A stretch of DNA of 63,005 bases, filler included, from Rhabdomonas costata (GCA_019059605.1; 30 parts of 30 records of this genome joined end to end with filler, not necessarily neighbours in it), one strand, 5' to 3'. Positions 25,970-38,530 are shown, numbered from the whole stretch's first letter. Numbers and translations are program-made. Notes: generated by a model from the sequence alone, not told the origin.

Positions 25970-28900
25970 GTATGCCCCAACACACGTGTCACTCAGCACC
26001 GTGCACCATCCCATTCTCCTTCTATCCGACCTGTTCCAATGCTCGCCACACCAGCTTCCGCGTGAGACCGCGAATGAAAGTTAGGTCCTAGATGCTGGCA
26101 GCTGTGGGTGTAACCTTGGGGGCGTTATGCATTGCTGAGTTTCAAATTTGACCTCTGAATATTTTGTCCTAAAACTTATACTAAACCTTTGTTTTCCGCC
26201 CCCTTTCTGTGCAAGCGTCACTCCTTTTCTAACATGGGGTCAGAAATTGGATAACTTCGTATGGGTGGGGGGGTATGGGTGGCAACAAGTGACAAGGTGA
26301 GGCAGCAGAAAGGTGCCTCCCTGGATGCAATGCACAGGCGGGGGGGCTCGCACGGTTTGTTTTTTCTATGCTTTAAACGAGCTGTGCAGCGCTGCTTTGG
26401 TGACCTCAGAAATTGAGTCTTTAGAGTGGACCGACTTCATGAATGGAGCCCGCTACTCCACCGTATTGCGTGAAAAATGTGTCCCGCTATCCCATTGGAG
26501 AAGTCAGAGGAGTGATTTCTATGATTTAGGCCTATTCTCGCACCATGGAGTTCATGCAAGGAAGGTGAGCTCTCGCGCCTGCGGGAATGCTGATGTCCCG
26601 CAACTTGATGACACCGGTGGCCAGGCGGCTCTGAAACTGACGTTCGCCTCTGCCGTGGGTTGACAGTTTCGGTGTGAAGGATGTTGCTGTTGTGATAGAC
26701 CTGGAGGCCTGCTGCGAGCTTTACTGTAAAACGACCTATGTCGTGAATGCTTCGAAAAAATTTTATGCTGCAGGACGCAAGCTGGTGTGTTCGCGCAAAT
26801 CCCCACCTCAGAAGATGCTATTTCAGAGTTGTCGCCCTACAGCTGGATCGTGGTGATGAAGCACAATGTACCCTTCTCAGAATACTTTTTGATTCATCAT
26901 ATTAAGTGGTCCTGTGGTTCTAACTGTAAGCAGCAACGGAGCGTTTGATGATGTTAATGGAATGCTAAACTTCGCGCTATCTCTTACCTTCCCTGATATT
27001 CCAGTCCAGTGAAGTCATCATTTGATGATGCAGCTCTCACACCAAGACATCAAGGTCCAGGCCTGAGTTTCGTTTCGTTTGTGATGTTTACTGTGAGTGG
27101 GGAGGTGATAAAATGAGGGGAGGCGGATTGAGAATTGGTGGTCTAGCGTCGTTTGCCGTTCGTCAGAGTGATAAACTGGAGACCCCCCTCATACACACAC
27201 CTCACTCTCTCAGATCCTCCTTAAATTCTTATTTGCCGTCACACCACACCCCCCAACAAANNNNNNNNNNNNNNNNNNNNNNNNNNNNNNNNNNNNNNNN
27301 NNNNTTAATTAATTAANNNNNNNNNNNNNNNNNNNNNNNNNNNNNNNNNNNNNNNNNNNNTGTTGGTGATTTCCGCTGAATGGTTTGAAACTCACGGTAA
27401 CTTCTCCGCAGCTGTGAGAAGGGATCGTCCTTCATTTTTCCAACACAGAAACGCATAGATTTTCGCGCCGTTTTGTTTTCCTTTCCGATCTGTGCTTCTT
27501 TTGGATCCACGGAGCCGTGGCGCTGTTGCTCGTGCTCAATTCCACAGAGTTCGGCTTTGCACTTTCGTTGATTAGAGAGGAAGGGGGCAGTGGTGGGAGT
27601 GGTGGTCGTTAATGTCTGCTTCGGATTCGGGGTGGCACGCCCACTCCAGCTGCTGCGGGGAGGACGTCCATCAAGTCTTCGATGGGCTGCTGGAGCCCGG
27701 GATGGTGAGCGATGTGCTCCGTGCCTTGGGCCCGGAGAAGGCGTTCCGGTTTTTGGAGTCCCAGGCCCGCTCCTTGGGCGCCTTGGGCAGAGGGGAAGAA
27801 GGGCAGCGGAGGCGGTTTGATTTCTGAAATAGCGAGCGGTTGCGCCACCTTTGACATTTTCACATCAAAATTTTAACGGACGAAAAGATCCATATAAATT
27901 TCATTCGATTTCTCTTCCACAACTCTTTCGAGCTTTTATTTTCGGTTTGCCGAAGATCTCTCTTCCTTTCTATTTCAGTCTTTGATTCTCGAAGCTGGGC
28001 ATTCACTAACAGCCTGCCAGTCCAGGATGTTTGTTTACCTTTCTCCGAGTCATGTTGTTTCATGTTTTTGTAATCCTGAATCGGCCCGATTATTTCCGCA
28101 TCTAAAACCAGTGGGAAAACCTTCGGGAATTTCCGGTTTTCGGAAGACCGCTGGTTATTCTGACTCAGTCAACAGCAGGGACAAGGGTGTTGCTCCAGCA
28201 GTTTCAGCAGCAATGGTGCTCGGCAGGAATCTGAGTCGGAGCTGCTTGACCTGAGCGCCAGCTGCACTCCGCAAGATGGGTGGAAAGGAAGGGCAACCGT
28301 ACCGCCTTGGGGTGCAGCGCGGGACGTCCCCCCTGAACCTGTCGTTGCAGACCCAGAGCCCTTCCTGCTGCTCGCGGACTCTGCTGCTGCGGCCTGGGGG
28401 GCGCCCGTACCCGTTGAGAGTGGGGCTGGGCCGTGGCAGGCCGTGCCCCCGTCCCGCATCTGGGAGGTTGTGGGCCTTCTTCTATTTCAATAGCTCTCTC
28501 GTCTTTTTCTGTGTGTGTGACTGTGGGCAATTTTTTTTGGTGATATGTTTCTTAGTAAGGTAAGTAACACCCGGAAACTCAGAAATTGGTATGTGAAGGT
28601 TTTCCACTCGAGGTCTTTTTTGGATTGTGATGAATCTGGAATGTAATGTTTTCTGGGGCACAAGCTGAAAAATCGGTGAGATGTGGAGAACTGCTACGTG
28701 AATAGTGCGCCAAAGGCGCGACTTGTTTTTTGGGGTTAATTCCGCGTTGGTGCTGGTTTTTGAAGCGAATTGTGAAGCTCTGTGGCAGGCTGCTTGAGGT
28801 GTGTGGAGTTCGTATTTGAACCTGGGGACATCTTGTGGTGGAGTTCTGAGTTTACGATGTAACGTACTTTATTTGATTCGAAACACCATCGTGGATTGAA

Positions 28901-29465
28901 AATCAGCATCTTTGTCAACAACACATGCGGTCGCAACCGGTGAACGCAACCGACGTCTGTCCAGTTCCGGCATTCCGACATTAATAGTAAGGACGCCTTG
29001 TTTACGCCCTTCGCCTTGCGCCGAGCAGAGTTCTACATACATGTTTATCTGTAGGACGAGTCCGACAGAAATTTCCCTGATGGAACTGCTGTAGCCTCCG
29101 TATCCGTCAAAGTTTTCCATGATGGAATTGAACAACCCCCCCTCCCCCCCTCATTTTTCAATGTTGGTTAGCAAAACGGTCTTACCCAACATTGATAAGG
29201 GGGAGGTGGGCCAAAACCTTGGATGTTCAAAGTATTTTGGAAAACGTTGTCTGGGTGACGGCTTGCGGGAGCATAGTGAGAATGAGCACCAAGAAGAGTC
29301 TTGTGCATATTGAAAAGACCACATCCATAACACACTTCAAAATGTACGCTCTAGACCCCAAACCCNNNNNNNNNNNNNNNNNNNNNNNNNNNNNNNNNNN
29401 NNNNNNNNNTTAATTAATTAANNNNNNNNNNNNNNNNNNNNNNNNNNNNNNNNNNNNNNNNNNNN

Positions 29466-30474
29466 TGTGGGGGGGTGCCGTGGTGTTGTCCGCAGTGCTA
29501 GGGACTACGATGGCGGGGCTTTTGGTGGCCGCGGTGGTGCTGGTGCGGTGGGACCGCGTGAGCTGTGCAAAGGCTGCGCGACTGAGGGAGCTGCAGGCCC
29601 TGGCGGACAACATGCTGGTGGCAGACTTTGCGCAGCGTCTGGCCACCCTGGACTTGGGCAACATCCACCTCCTGGACGGTGCGCAGTGCCGCCCTCATGT
29701 TACCCATGGTCTCTCAAAAGCGAATAGCGATTCGTAGGGTTGGCAGGAGGGCCGCTTGAGATTGTTTGTTTCAGGGGCCTGGTCTGGACGACGAGTTCAC
29801 GTTTGGCGGTCATTTGTTTTGATGCATGGACGGGGCTTGAGTGTTTGAGTGTTGGGGAACAAGCATTTCAGTAAATCTGAAGGCGAGGAATTATATTGTT
29901 GTCCCGGGAATAACGATGGCGATCACTTGCTGTCCGCAAGGAAACAAAATGGGGGGGGGATTTCCGAACAAAGGTCAAATGCATCAGACCATACAAAGAT
30001 TACTCGTCCCAATGTTGTTGAGTGGGAGGAGACAGAGAGTTTCTTTCGCGCGTTTTCTGTACTTAAGTCTGGGGGACACGTGAGGAAGGAGGAAAATCCT
30101 GGCCTGTTGTCTGCTGAGCCGGCCCCCTATGTCTGGCAACAGTGCCATAGGACCCTCCGTGCGGCCACCCATAGGCTGCACGCGTCTTAGGGACAACTGT
30201 CCCCAAGTCCAGGAAAAAACCTTGTACTTTTGGAAAGCACAGCGTACACCCATCGTATGCCCACGCCTGCCATCTTCACGGCTGCCTTACGAATGCAAAA
30301 TAGAGGGCAGAGAGTTGCTTTTCAGAGGGACTGGACCAGTTCGAATTGTCCTTTGGCTTTTCCCTCTCCCTCTCCGCAGGACCCGTCCGCAGCCCTCTGG
30401 TGATTTCGCTGCAGAGTGTGGTGGACAGCGTAAGAATCTTCGTGCCTTACCTCCCCAGTAGTGTGGTGCAAATG
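29466..30474 (+). CDS. Receptor-type adenylate/guanylate cyclase fragment: transmembrane helix plus pre-catalytic linker
   Basis: Exons 29466-29678 and 30380-30474 (phase 1) encode a hydrophobic TM helix, then VADFAQRLATLDL...SPLVISLQSVVDSVRIFVPYLPSSVV. The YLP helix typically precedes class III cyclase domains. Confidence 0.6.
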
Positions 30475-31568
30475 GTCCGCACTCGCACCGAAAACCTTGG
30501 TCGTTGCGCCTCCCTGCTTCCCAAAACCCCCCACTCCCCCCTCTCATCAGTCGTTACCTCCTGCCCTTCCTGTGGTAGGATGCTTATGCTTTTTACTTGT
30601 GCTTCGTCTTCGCCTCTGTATCAAGGGTCATGAGTTCTGTCTGCCCCCCAACCTCAAATGGTCAAACAAGTCTGCCTTAATCCGGTGGATGGTAAAATTG
30701 TACACTCAGCACTTATGATCAGCCCCGAAAGATGCCAGCGGTTGATCGTCACCGCGAAGAAAAAACTCCGTGCATCTGGGAATTTGGGATTTTGTTGTGC
30801 ACTGTCCTCTCTTTCTTTGGAGTTTCACCGGTTGCGGTTGTTACAGTTTTATATTTCATGAAGTGGCACCGTCTTCAACCCCCACTAGGGTTGGTTTAAA
30901 TGGTCAAACTGGAGGGATGCGAGCAAGGGTTACGGATTTTGTTGTTGAGCTGTTGGGGGTGGGGGCAACACGCAAGTCTTCCCATCTGCCTGCACGTTCT
31001 GGGCGTTGAACTGTGTGTTGCACTGCGGCGAAACTGGAGCATCCGAGCTATTGTATTATTGTATTGTCCGTTAAGGGATAACTGTCCATTGAATTAGTGC
31101 ATTTCGGACGAATGGCGAAAAAAGGTGAAAGGAAAAGTCACTGTCAGTGAGCTGGCTTTTCGTTACCCTGTACCGCTTTGTTGCATTGATGTTCCCCGTG
31201 TTTAACTTTTGGTGTCTCAAAATCTCACTGTTGATGTGAAGCGGGCCATATTTTGTTGCTTCAGCGGCGAATAACCGTGAAGGAAACAAAGTTCAAAGAA
31301 GTTCAAAGACATAATTCACACAGCGGTTCAGGGCGGGTTCATTACCCTCATCCTGCAGTACTGCCACTCTCCCACTGAAAACGTGTCATGCGAAAGAAGT
31401 ACCTTGGGGGAAGGGAGGACGGAAGGGCTATTTTCCCCCTGGGCTCCCACCTTTCGATGGGGCATGGGNNNNNNNNNNNNNNNNNNNNNNNNNNNNNNNN
31501 NNNNNNNNNNNNTTAATTAATTAANNNNNNNNNNNNNNNNNNNNNNNNNNNNNNNNNNNNNNNNNNNN

Positions 31569-32318
31569 TGTGTGGTTTGCCCGCTATGTCCAGCCCCGGT
31601 TCTTGGGCAGCTACAGTGCACGGTGTCCTGCTTTGACCTCTGCGGGGTCGGAGCTGCAGCTGCGGCGGGTCTTGGACAGGTACCGACCCTCTCCTTCTTC
31701 CGTCCGTAAATCCCGAATTCACGCATTTTTTTTTCGGTTTTTGACGTGCGTTTGTGCCCCGGTAGGGTGACTGTCCTCTAAGCTGTATCTCGGCTTATCC
31801 TATTACAATCTCTGCACTTGTTTTTGCGTTTTGAATTTGTGGATTCCTCGCGATTTCCTTTGCAATCTCTTCACTTGTTTCTCATCTATGCCTATCATGC
31901 TGAACTTTCTGCAGGTCTGCCTGCACGGCCGCTTCATTAGCCTTATCCACGGCTTGGTGAGTAGGTGGCAGGGGGTCCTGGACAAGGTCGTGGGAGACTC
32001 CGCGTTTGCATTGTGGAACGTCCCTCGAAGCTGTGACCACCCCGAGTACCGCGCTGTGAGCTGTGCCCTTGGCGTGGTCTCGCAGTGGGTCTCGCCCTTA
32101 ACCCGCCAATACACCCCTGACCTCGGACCCTCAGATATTTCTGCAGAGCCCGTGAACCCGCTGCTGGGTATTCTCACCCCAACCTCGGCGAATCAAAACG
32201 TGGTGACAGGTGCCTCCCTCGGGCAGCTTCGAGTGGGCGTGGCTCGGAGCTGTGTGAGGTACGGCAAGGTGGGCAGCACGGAGCTGAGCTGGTTTGCATT
32301 GGTCGGGGAGGCGCTGGA
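31569..32318 (+). CDS. Class III nucleotidyl cyclase catalytic domain, partial
   Basis: Exons ending at 31679 and spanning 31915-32318 encode TVSCFDLCG, GVLDKVVGDSAFALWNVP, RAVSCAL and LRVGVA...GKVGS....FALVGEAL. Confidence 0.85.
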
Positions 32319-33876
32319 GTGGGGGTCTCCATAGCGCTTGCCAGGAGAAGGGAGAGGATGGGGAAGCGGAAAGAGGGGGTGTCTGCACACTTCACACAAG
32401 AGCTTGGAAAGACTTAGCACAAAACAAAGAAGAGAACAGAAGCTGTGACTGGAAAAAAAAGCTTCGCCGTACATTTGTGACCTTTTTGCAAATGGCAGTC
32501 GGTGCCATTGTTCTCAGCACGCCCAACAATTGAAGCCTGCGGCCGAGGAAGAAGCGGGACGCCAACCTTCTATATTAGGGTTCGCACAATTGTACTTTGT
32601 ATCAGATCCTTTGAAAACTCGTCTGGGGGTCCATATTCCAAAACAAACAAGCCGGAACAAAGAATGCCAACGGTGGAGGGAAGGGGATAGACCCAACGAG
32701 CCATGCGCTGCGGTTGAAAGAGAGGTCCTTCACTTACTTCCTCCCATTTGCAGGATGCCTGCCTCACTTGCCCCTCTTTAGACAACATACTTGCAAGGCT
32801 TACCGAGGCTTACCGAGCCACACTTGCAGACCTCCATGAAACTGCCGAACGATTGGAACCACAAGAGAGCGATTTGCCTCTCAGACAGTGGCAAAAGAAA
32901 CCCAGTGAGGAATGTACCCCCGACCATCAGTAGAACGGCAGCGCTGTGCACGCGGAGACCTCCCATTCTAAATGAAAGAACCAGAAAACTGGCCCATCGA
33001 AAGTGACGTGGGCAGACCACCAGCCAGGGGTACCTCGGCTAGCAGGCGAGCAAGCTGTGGGCATGAAAAAGGTATGTTTGTTTTGCGTGTGTATGTGCGA
33101 GGGAGTCGCAGAAACCGAAAGACGTATGGACGTATGGAATCGACACGGTGGACCATTCTCAAATCATAGAGAGTGTTATGGGTGTTAACGAAAACCTTCT
33201 CTTTGCTGGTGAGGGGAAGAAATCATGACTCCGTCTTATCAACGGGCTCCGATAAACAATACACAGTTCCTGGGACTGACTCGCGCACGCGGCCAAGCGG
33301 CGTAGTGTACCGACCGGAAAGGGAGTGCGGTACAGTTATCTCCTGAGCTCTGGTCCGGTCTGGCTTTTTCTGGCGAGTGGGGGAGGGGCGAACGGTATAA
33401 CGCCGTTATATGACGTGAATACGGTCATCAAATCAAAGACCCCTTTTCTGCTTCTCGGGGTCTTTAACGTTCGTCACCAGGAAAGGGCTTCAGGGGCGGA
33501 GGCCAGCCGCAGCGGCTCTCCGCTATGAAGTACCTATCATCATTCACACACCCCCCACACACACCCACCACNNNNNNNNNNNNNNNNNNNNNNNNNNNNN
33601 NNNNNNNNNNNNNNNTTAATTAATTAANNNNNNNNNNNNNNNNNNNNNNNNNNNNNNNNNNNNNNNNNNNNGTGGTTTTTGACATGATAAAGAAGCAAGC
33701 AGAGAACAGAATGGCTTGCTATGAAGAAAGAGAAAAGAGAGCATAAAGTTGCCTGATATAGGTTTGCTCTGCGGAGTTGGTGCTCAGTCCGATCCACATC
33801 CCTTTTGTCTTCTCGGCCACCCGGTCGATAACTGTTGGCTATCCCTGTTTTCGTTTCCATGCCTCTGTGCCCCCAG

Positions 33877-35491
33877 GGAAATCATGGACCTGACGTGGCT
33901 TCAGGGGAGCCCGATTCGGGAACGGGGTCGTCATCTCCCTCTTCTGATTTGGGCTCTGCCTCGGCGTCCCCTCTTGCCGTGCCTCGGGAGTCTGGGGTGT
34001 CACCCTTGCCGGACACGGTTCTCCCTCCCGAAAACGACCGGGTGCTGATCGACCGTTTTGCTGCACAGGTGCGATTCGAGCCTGCTCAGGACCTTTTTGT
34101 GTTCGAAGAACGTGAAGGAAATTGTGTATCCCTAAATGTGTGGCAAGGCCTAGAATTCCTGTGATATATTGGTCATTGGCAATGCCCTGTCGGTGGGTAC
34201 GTTTGGTTGGAGGGCATCTCTTGGTGGATTTGGCCATGTTTGCGCCCGTTGCTATTTTCCCGCCCGCTTCGGGTGAAAGGGATTTTTAAAAAGGAAGGAC
34301 TTTCTAGACCAAAAGTAAGTATTAACGCACCAGTCAGGATGCTGGGATGCCGGAGAAATCTTTTACTCGCTGGTGGATGATGCCGCCAACCCCTCAGCAT
34401 TGGTAGGAAAGGGTGTGGGTGTGTGTTTGATTATTTGAGGCCCCTCTGGCTGAGACGTCCACCAAAACAATGCCTCGTGTACGCACTGTGATGTGTGTGT
34501 ATGCGTGCTTGCGTATGCGTTTGGGATGCGTTACATAGACAGACCTTTTTCAGCCATCATCTTTAGTCTCTGTGTGGGCGGCAGCAGACCGATTTTCTCC
34601 GGGAGAGGAACGAGAGGTTACTTTGCGCCCTTCACCGCCTAAACTTCTGCTTTGGTAGGCTGCCGCGCGGGGTCCGAAGTGGGTGGACGAGGTGAGGGCC
34701 CGGCTAGCACAGGCGGGCCAGGAGATTTCCAGCTCTGCGCTTGCCTTTGTTGGTGCTGGGCACCCCCACCACGGCTACTACGCCGCCCAACTCGCGGAGC
34801 TGGAGCAGATGCAGCGTCAGGAGCAGCAGTCGGTGGGGGCTCAGATGGAAGTGGACCCCTGTCTAGCACCCAGCGGGGAGCTTTCCTCACGAGCTGGAGG
34901 TCTGCATGCCCAGTTTCCCGGTTTGAGGGTTTTTTCTACTTTCCTGCCGAAGGTTTACGGGTTGTGGTGGCGGCGGGGGAGTAAACGGTAACTTTTTGAT
35001 TTATTAGCAGGTTCTTTTGTGGATTCGAAGTGACAGCTCTTGAATGGGTGAAAGGGGTGGCTTTAGCTTGTGTTTGGGCAAGGACAGAATCCGACTGTTT
35101 ATGTCATGTGGGGTTCAGGCATGCTTCGTTGAAGAAGTCCCCCTTTGGTTTCATATCTTCGCGCGTGCGTGCGCATGAAAATGTTTTGTTAGAGCTGCAA
35201 AGAGAAATACTCTCTCCGCTTCAGAAAAGGAGCTGGCCGCTTCTCCTGACAGCGACACGGAGAGTAGCAGCAGCTGGAGCAGCGCGGAGCAGCTGAAGCA
35301 GGGCGTCAAGCTGGACTTTCCCGCGGCCAGGCTAGGCGCCGTCCAGGCACCCAATGATGCCGCCGACGATGACCTTGACGAGGATGTTGACAGCCACCGC
35401 CACGATAAAGGGGCAGCGGAAGTACCTCCCCGTCATCGCGGCCAGGGCCAGGGCCAGGGCCAAGGGGCCACTGAACTGCGGAAGACCACTG
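33877..35491 (+). CDS. SURP/SWAP-domain protein (splicing-associated), partial
   Basis: Exons 33877-34068, 34659-34920 and 35225-35491 encode PPENDRVLIDRFAAQ|AAARGPKWVDEVRARL...LAFVGAGHPHHGYYAAQL, matching the SURP pattern (IdktA.fV...G..fE...F.FL....p.h.YY), followed by an acidic low-complexity tail. Confidence 0.7.
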
Positions 35492-35778
35492 GTGAGGGCT
35501 GCAAACCAATACTTCCGAAAAAGGTTTTGGGAGAGCGGGACGGGGTTTGTGAACTCGTCTGTGCGCTTGGAGGAATTCACGAAGGTCTCTGAATGAACAC
35601 ACTTTGATTTCCTTAGCCATAGCTGCGTGCGTTGCTGCGTGCGTTTTGTGGTCCTGTTTGTGTCACCCCCCACCNNNNNNNNNNNNNNNNNNNNNNNNNN
35701 NNNNNNNNNNNNNNNNNNTTAATTAATTAANNNNNNNNNNNNNNNNNNNNNNNNNNNNNNNNNNNNNNNNNNNNTGTG

Positions 35779-35948
35779 GTTTGGAAAGAACGAGCATGTC
35801 ACAAGCGCTTACATTCCTGCAGCGCCCAGTGAATTCACGCTGGCCTCCTGCCAATTCTTCCCCAATCTCGCCTCCTTGGATGTCAGCGTGAATCCACTGG
35901 GCGCTGCAGGAATGAAAGCGCTTGTGACATGCTCGTTCTTTCCGAACC
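35779..35948. repeat. Contig-terminal fold-back of LRR coding sequence, probable amplification chimera
   Basis: 35778-35841 is the reverse complement of about 35884-35948 with 3 mismatches. Confidence 0.85.
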
Positions 35949-36310
35949 TTACCTCCTTGAATATGAAGGCACACGCAATGGGCGATACCGGAATGCAAGC
36001 GCTTGCGTCTTGCCTTTTCTTCCCCAATCTTAACTCGTTGAACGTTGCTGTAAACCGGGTGGGCACTGAAGGAATGCGCGCGCTCGCGGCTTGCCCTTTC
36101 TTCCCCAACCTTTCGTCGTTGGATATCAGCCGAAATGGGATCGGCGATGCAGGAATGCACGCGCTTGCGGCATGCCGATTCTTCCCCAATCTTACCTCCT
36201 TGGATGCAAGCGACAATGGGACCGGCACTGTGGGGTTGCAAGCTCTTGAAACATGCTTGTTCTTTCCCAAGCTTACCTTCCTGTGTGTAACTGATAGAAG
36301 ACAGCCTTGA
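35840..36310 (+). CDS. Leucine-rich repeat protein C-terminus, RI-like 28-aa repeats (84-nt units)
   Basis: About five and a half tandem units of FFPNLxSLDxSxNxxGxxGMxALAxCx, with no intron and a stop at 36308-36310. Confidence 0.9.
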   Translation: MASCQFFPNLASLDVSVNPLGAAGMKALVTCSFFPNLTSLNMKAHAMGDTGMQALASCLFFPNLNSLNVAVNRVGTEGMRALAACPFFPNLSSLDISRNGIGDAGMHALAACRFFPNLTSLDASDNGTGTVGLQALETCLFFPKLTFLCVTDRRQP

Positions 36311-36807
36311 CGAAGAGGGCAACACACCGTCGCCTCAATGCCCAGCGGTCATTTGTTCCCTTGTATTGCCTTGGTGTGTTCTCTGGAAATTGTGGCGGCC
36401 TTTTTTCCCCGTATTTGAACTCTTTTGGCTTCTTGCACCGGTGGGTTGAAGAAGCAATTTTTCCATTCGTTTATACATAATCGAGACACTTGTAACATTT
36501 TTATCACTTTTGGAAAGTGACTCCACTTTGCTTTCTGATAAAAGCAGGCGGCTGTCTGTTGTAAAGAACTCGGTTGTCTGCTTCGTCTTTTTGCGCTTTG
36601 GTCCTTTCTTCCGACCGGACCGCCTGTTCCATAGCCAGTCACCAAAGCATTGGAGGCATTCATGCGATCATTTTGTTCGCTATTTGCGGAAAATTTTGGC
36701 ACTGCCACTATCCTTCGAAGGCAAAGGGCCAGGGTTGGTTCCCAACCGTGAGTGCAGCGCAAAATGTGCTGTGACCTTTTAGTTGTCTCGCCTGTCAGCT
36801 CCCCAAG

Positions 36808-37700
36808 ATGGCTCTTCTCTCTACTCTGAGCTTTCTGCTGCTGCCGCTGTTGCTTTCCCTGTCCGTGGGTGCCGTTGGGGTGGACCTCCTCCGCCCTTCC
36901 AACTGGACGGGCCCCGTGCTGCGGGTGGCGGCCTTCCAGCATACCACGGGCCGGTTCGAGGCGTACGGTGCGGCCTACCGCACGGTATTCCAGATGTTCC
37001 AGGTCCACGTCGGCAGGATTGGGGGTATCTTGACCTTCTCGGACAACCGGATAACACTGAATGCCCAGGTGGAACGTGCTTCCCTTCCCCTCCTCCCCAT
37101 CCGATGCACCTTCTGCAAGCCGGGATTCTTGCTTTGTCTCCTTACTTCCGTTTAAGCCTTTACCTCTGGATCCCCCCTCCAATGGTGTCAATCCCAAAGG
37201 TACCGGTCCTGGCACACATAGGACCGAGTTTTGCAGTGGTTGAGAGGAGAGTTTGGCTCTGAGGGACCTTCTGTCGCCAGCATCCGCTATGCGAGCACAG
37301 TATTCCTGCGCTGCATCGAGTTGCCCGCGGGTATATCCCCATATCCGTCCTCAGCCGTTGGGCGTTGTTGGTGACCAAGAACAGCTCGGGGGAATGTCCT
37401 TTCCGCGAAGAGGCGTTGCGAGCGTAGACCCGCTGCATAAACAAGGACTCGGTTTGCCTCAGCAACTTGCTTGCTACTGTTGCCTCGATATTTGAAGCAG
37501 CGCTCTGTTCTTGTGCTACCCTCCTGTTTGAGTCCTTACCATCTGGGACCCCCTCTCTCCTCCCCTTGGGATTTTTTGTCCGCTAAGGGCGCATCCGCTT
37601 GTCCTATGTCTTTGTATTTCAGGTGGAGTTTGCTTTGATTGACATTGGCGGAGCGACGTGGGAGCAGATGAAGGCCAACGTGGTCCGCGAGGCGGCCAGG
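36808..37700 (+). CDS. Secreted or membrane receptor N-terminus: signal peptide plus a possible type-1 periplasmic-binding-protein-like ectodomain
   Basis: Exons 36808-37068 and 37623-37700 encode the signal peptide MALLSTLSFLLLPLLLSLSVGA, then VLRVAAFQHTTGRFEAYG...GRIGGI...|VEFALIDIGG, resembling the i.iG....tG.....G...N..GGi.....v.l...D pattern. Confidence 0.5.
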
Positions 37701-37769
37701 GTGCACTCCGGGGCTTACGTCGCTCCGCCAATGTCAATCAAAGCAAACTCCACCTGAAATACAAAGACA
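37607..37769. repeat. Contig-terminal fold-back inverted repeat (arms about 52 nt), probable amplification chimera
   Basis: 37607-37658 spans an intron/exon junction and is the reverse complement of about 37718-37769. Confidence 0.9.
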
Positions 37770-38530
37770 CACCACAANNNNNNNNNNNNNNNNNNNNNNN
37801 NNNNNNNNNNNNNNNNNNNNNTTAATTAATTAANNNNNNNNNNNNNNNNNNNNNNNNNNNNNNNNNNNNNNNNNNNNGGTTTTGGGGTCAGAGGGGTGTT
37901 GTTCACGGTGAGGCCCCTTCGTCTCCTGCAATGTTACAAACATGGCAGGCGGTTGTTTTGTTTTCTGTGCATCTGGTCCTTTTTCTCTTCTGTCTCTCTT
38001 TGATAATCGTCTTAGATGTTTGTGTGTCATTGGGGCCAGAGTGATTGAAGTTACGCTTGGAAATACCCATACTGAAAATACTTTGCAACCCCTGCAATTA
38101 TACTGATGTTGTGCGGAGTCAGACTTCTGTCTTTCGGGAGGGTGGAGAAGTGGTTTTGGGTGGATTTCGCGGCGATCCTCCATGTCATATTCAGTGATTG
38201 GTGGAGGTTGCTCGCAAGAAACTCGTCTGGAGGTCTGCTGTGTTTTGATGAGGGACCCCATCGACCACTGTGTCCCTCGTTGCCTGCTAGTTTATTAGCT
38301 TCCCTCGAAGTTGAACAGAAGTAAATCAAGAGTAATGAGCAAAGAGCATTAGCGTAAGCGTCACCCAGAACCAGGATGGGCGCTTTTCACCCAACTTCAG
38401 CACTTGAGGAAACCTGCCTCTACTTTGCTCTTCCATTTTCTTCTGCAGAAACTACGACACGCCCTCTTCCCCCCCCTCCCTTCTCTTCAAAAAACCCACA
38501 CTCTTCTCAATGTCTATTTCCACCTTTCAG

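Noticed and set aside
26437..26663. Tc1/mariner-like fragment (MNGARYSTVLREKCVP)
   Set aside because: No DNA..H or SPDLNPIE motif follows and no terminal repeats are seen.
29466..32318. Adjacent cyclase linker and catalytic fragments as one gene or cluster
   Set aside because: They are on different contigs separated by a spacer, and the contig order appears to follow length only.
35723..36327. Long minus-strand repeat ORFs opposite the LRR (and plus-strand ORFs opposite the ankyrins)
   Set aside because: They are antisense shadows of repetitive coding sequence.
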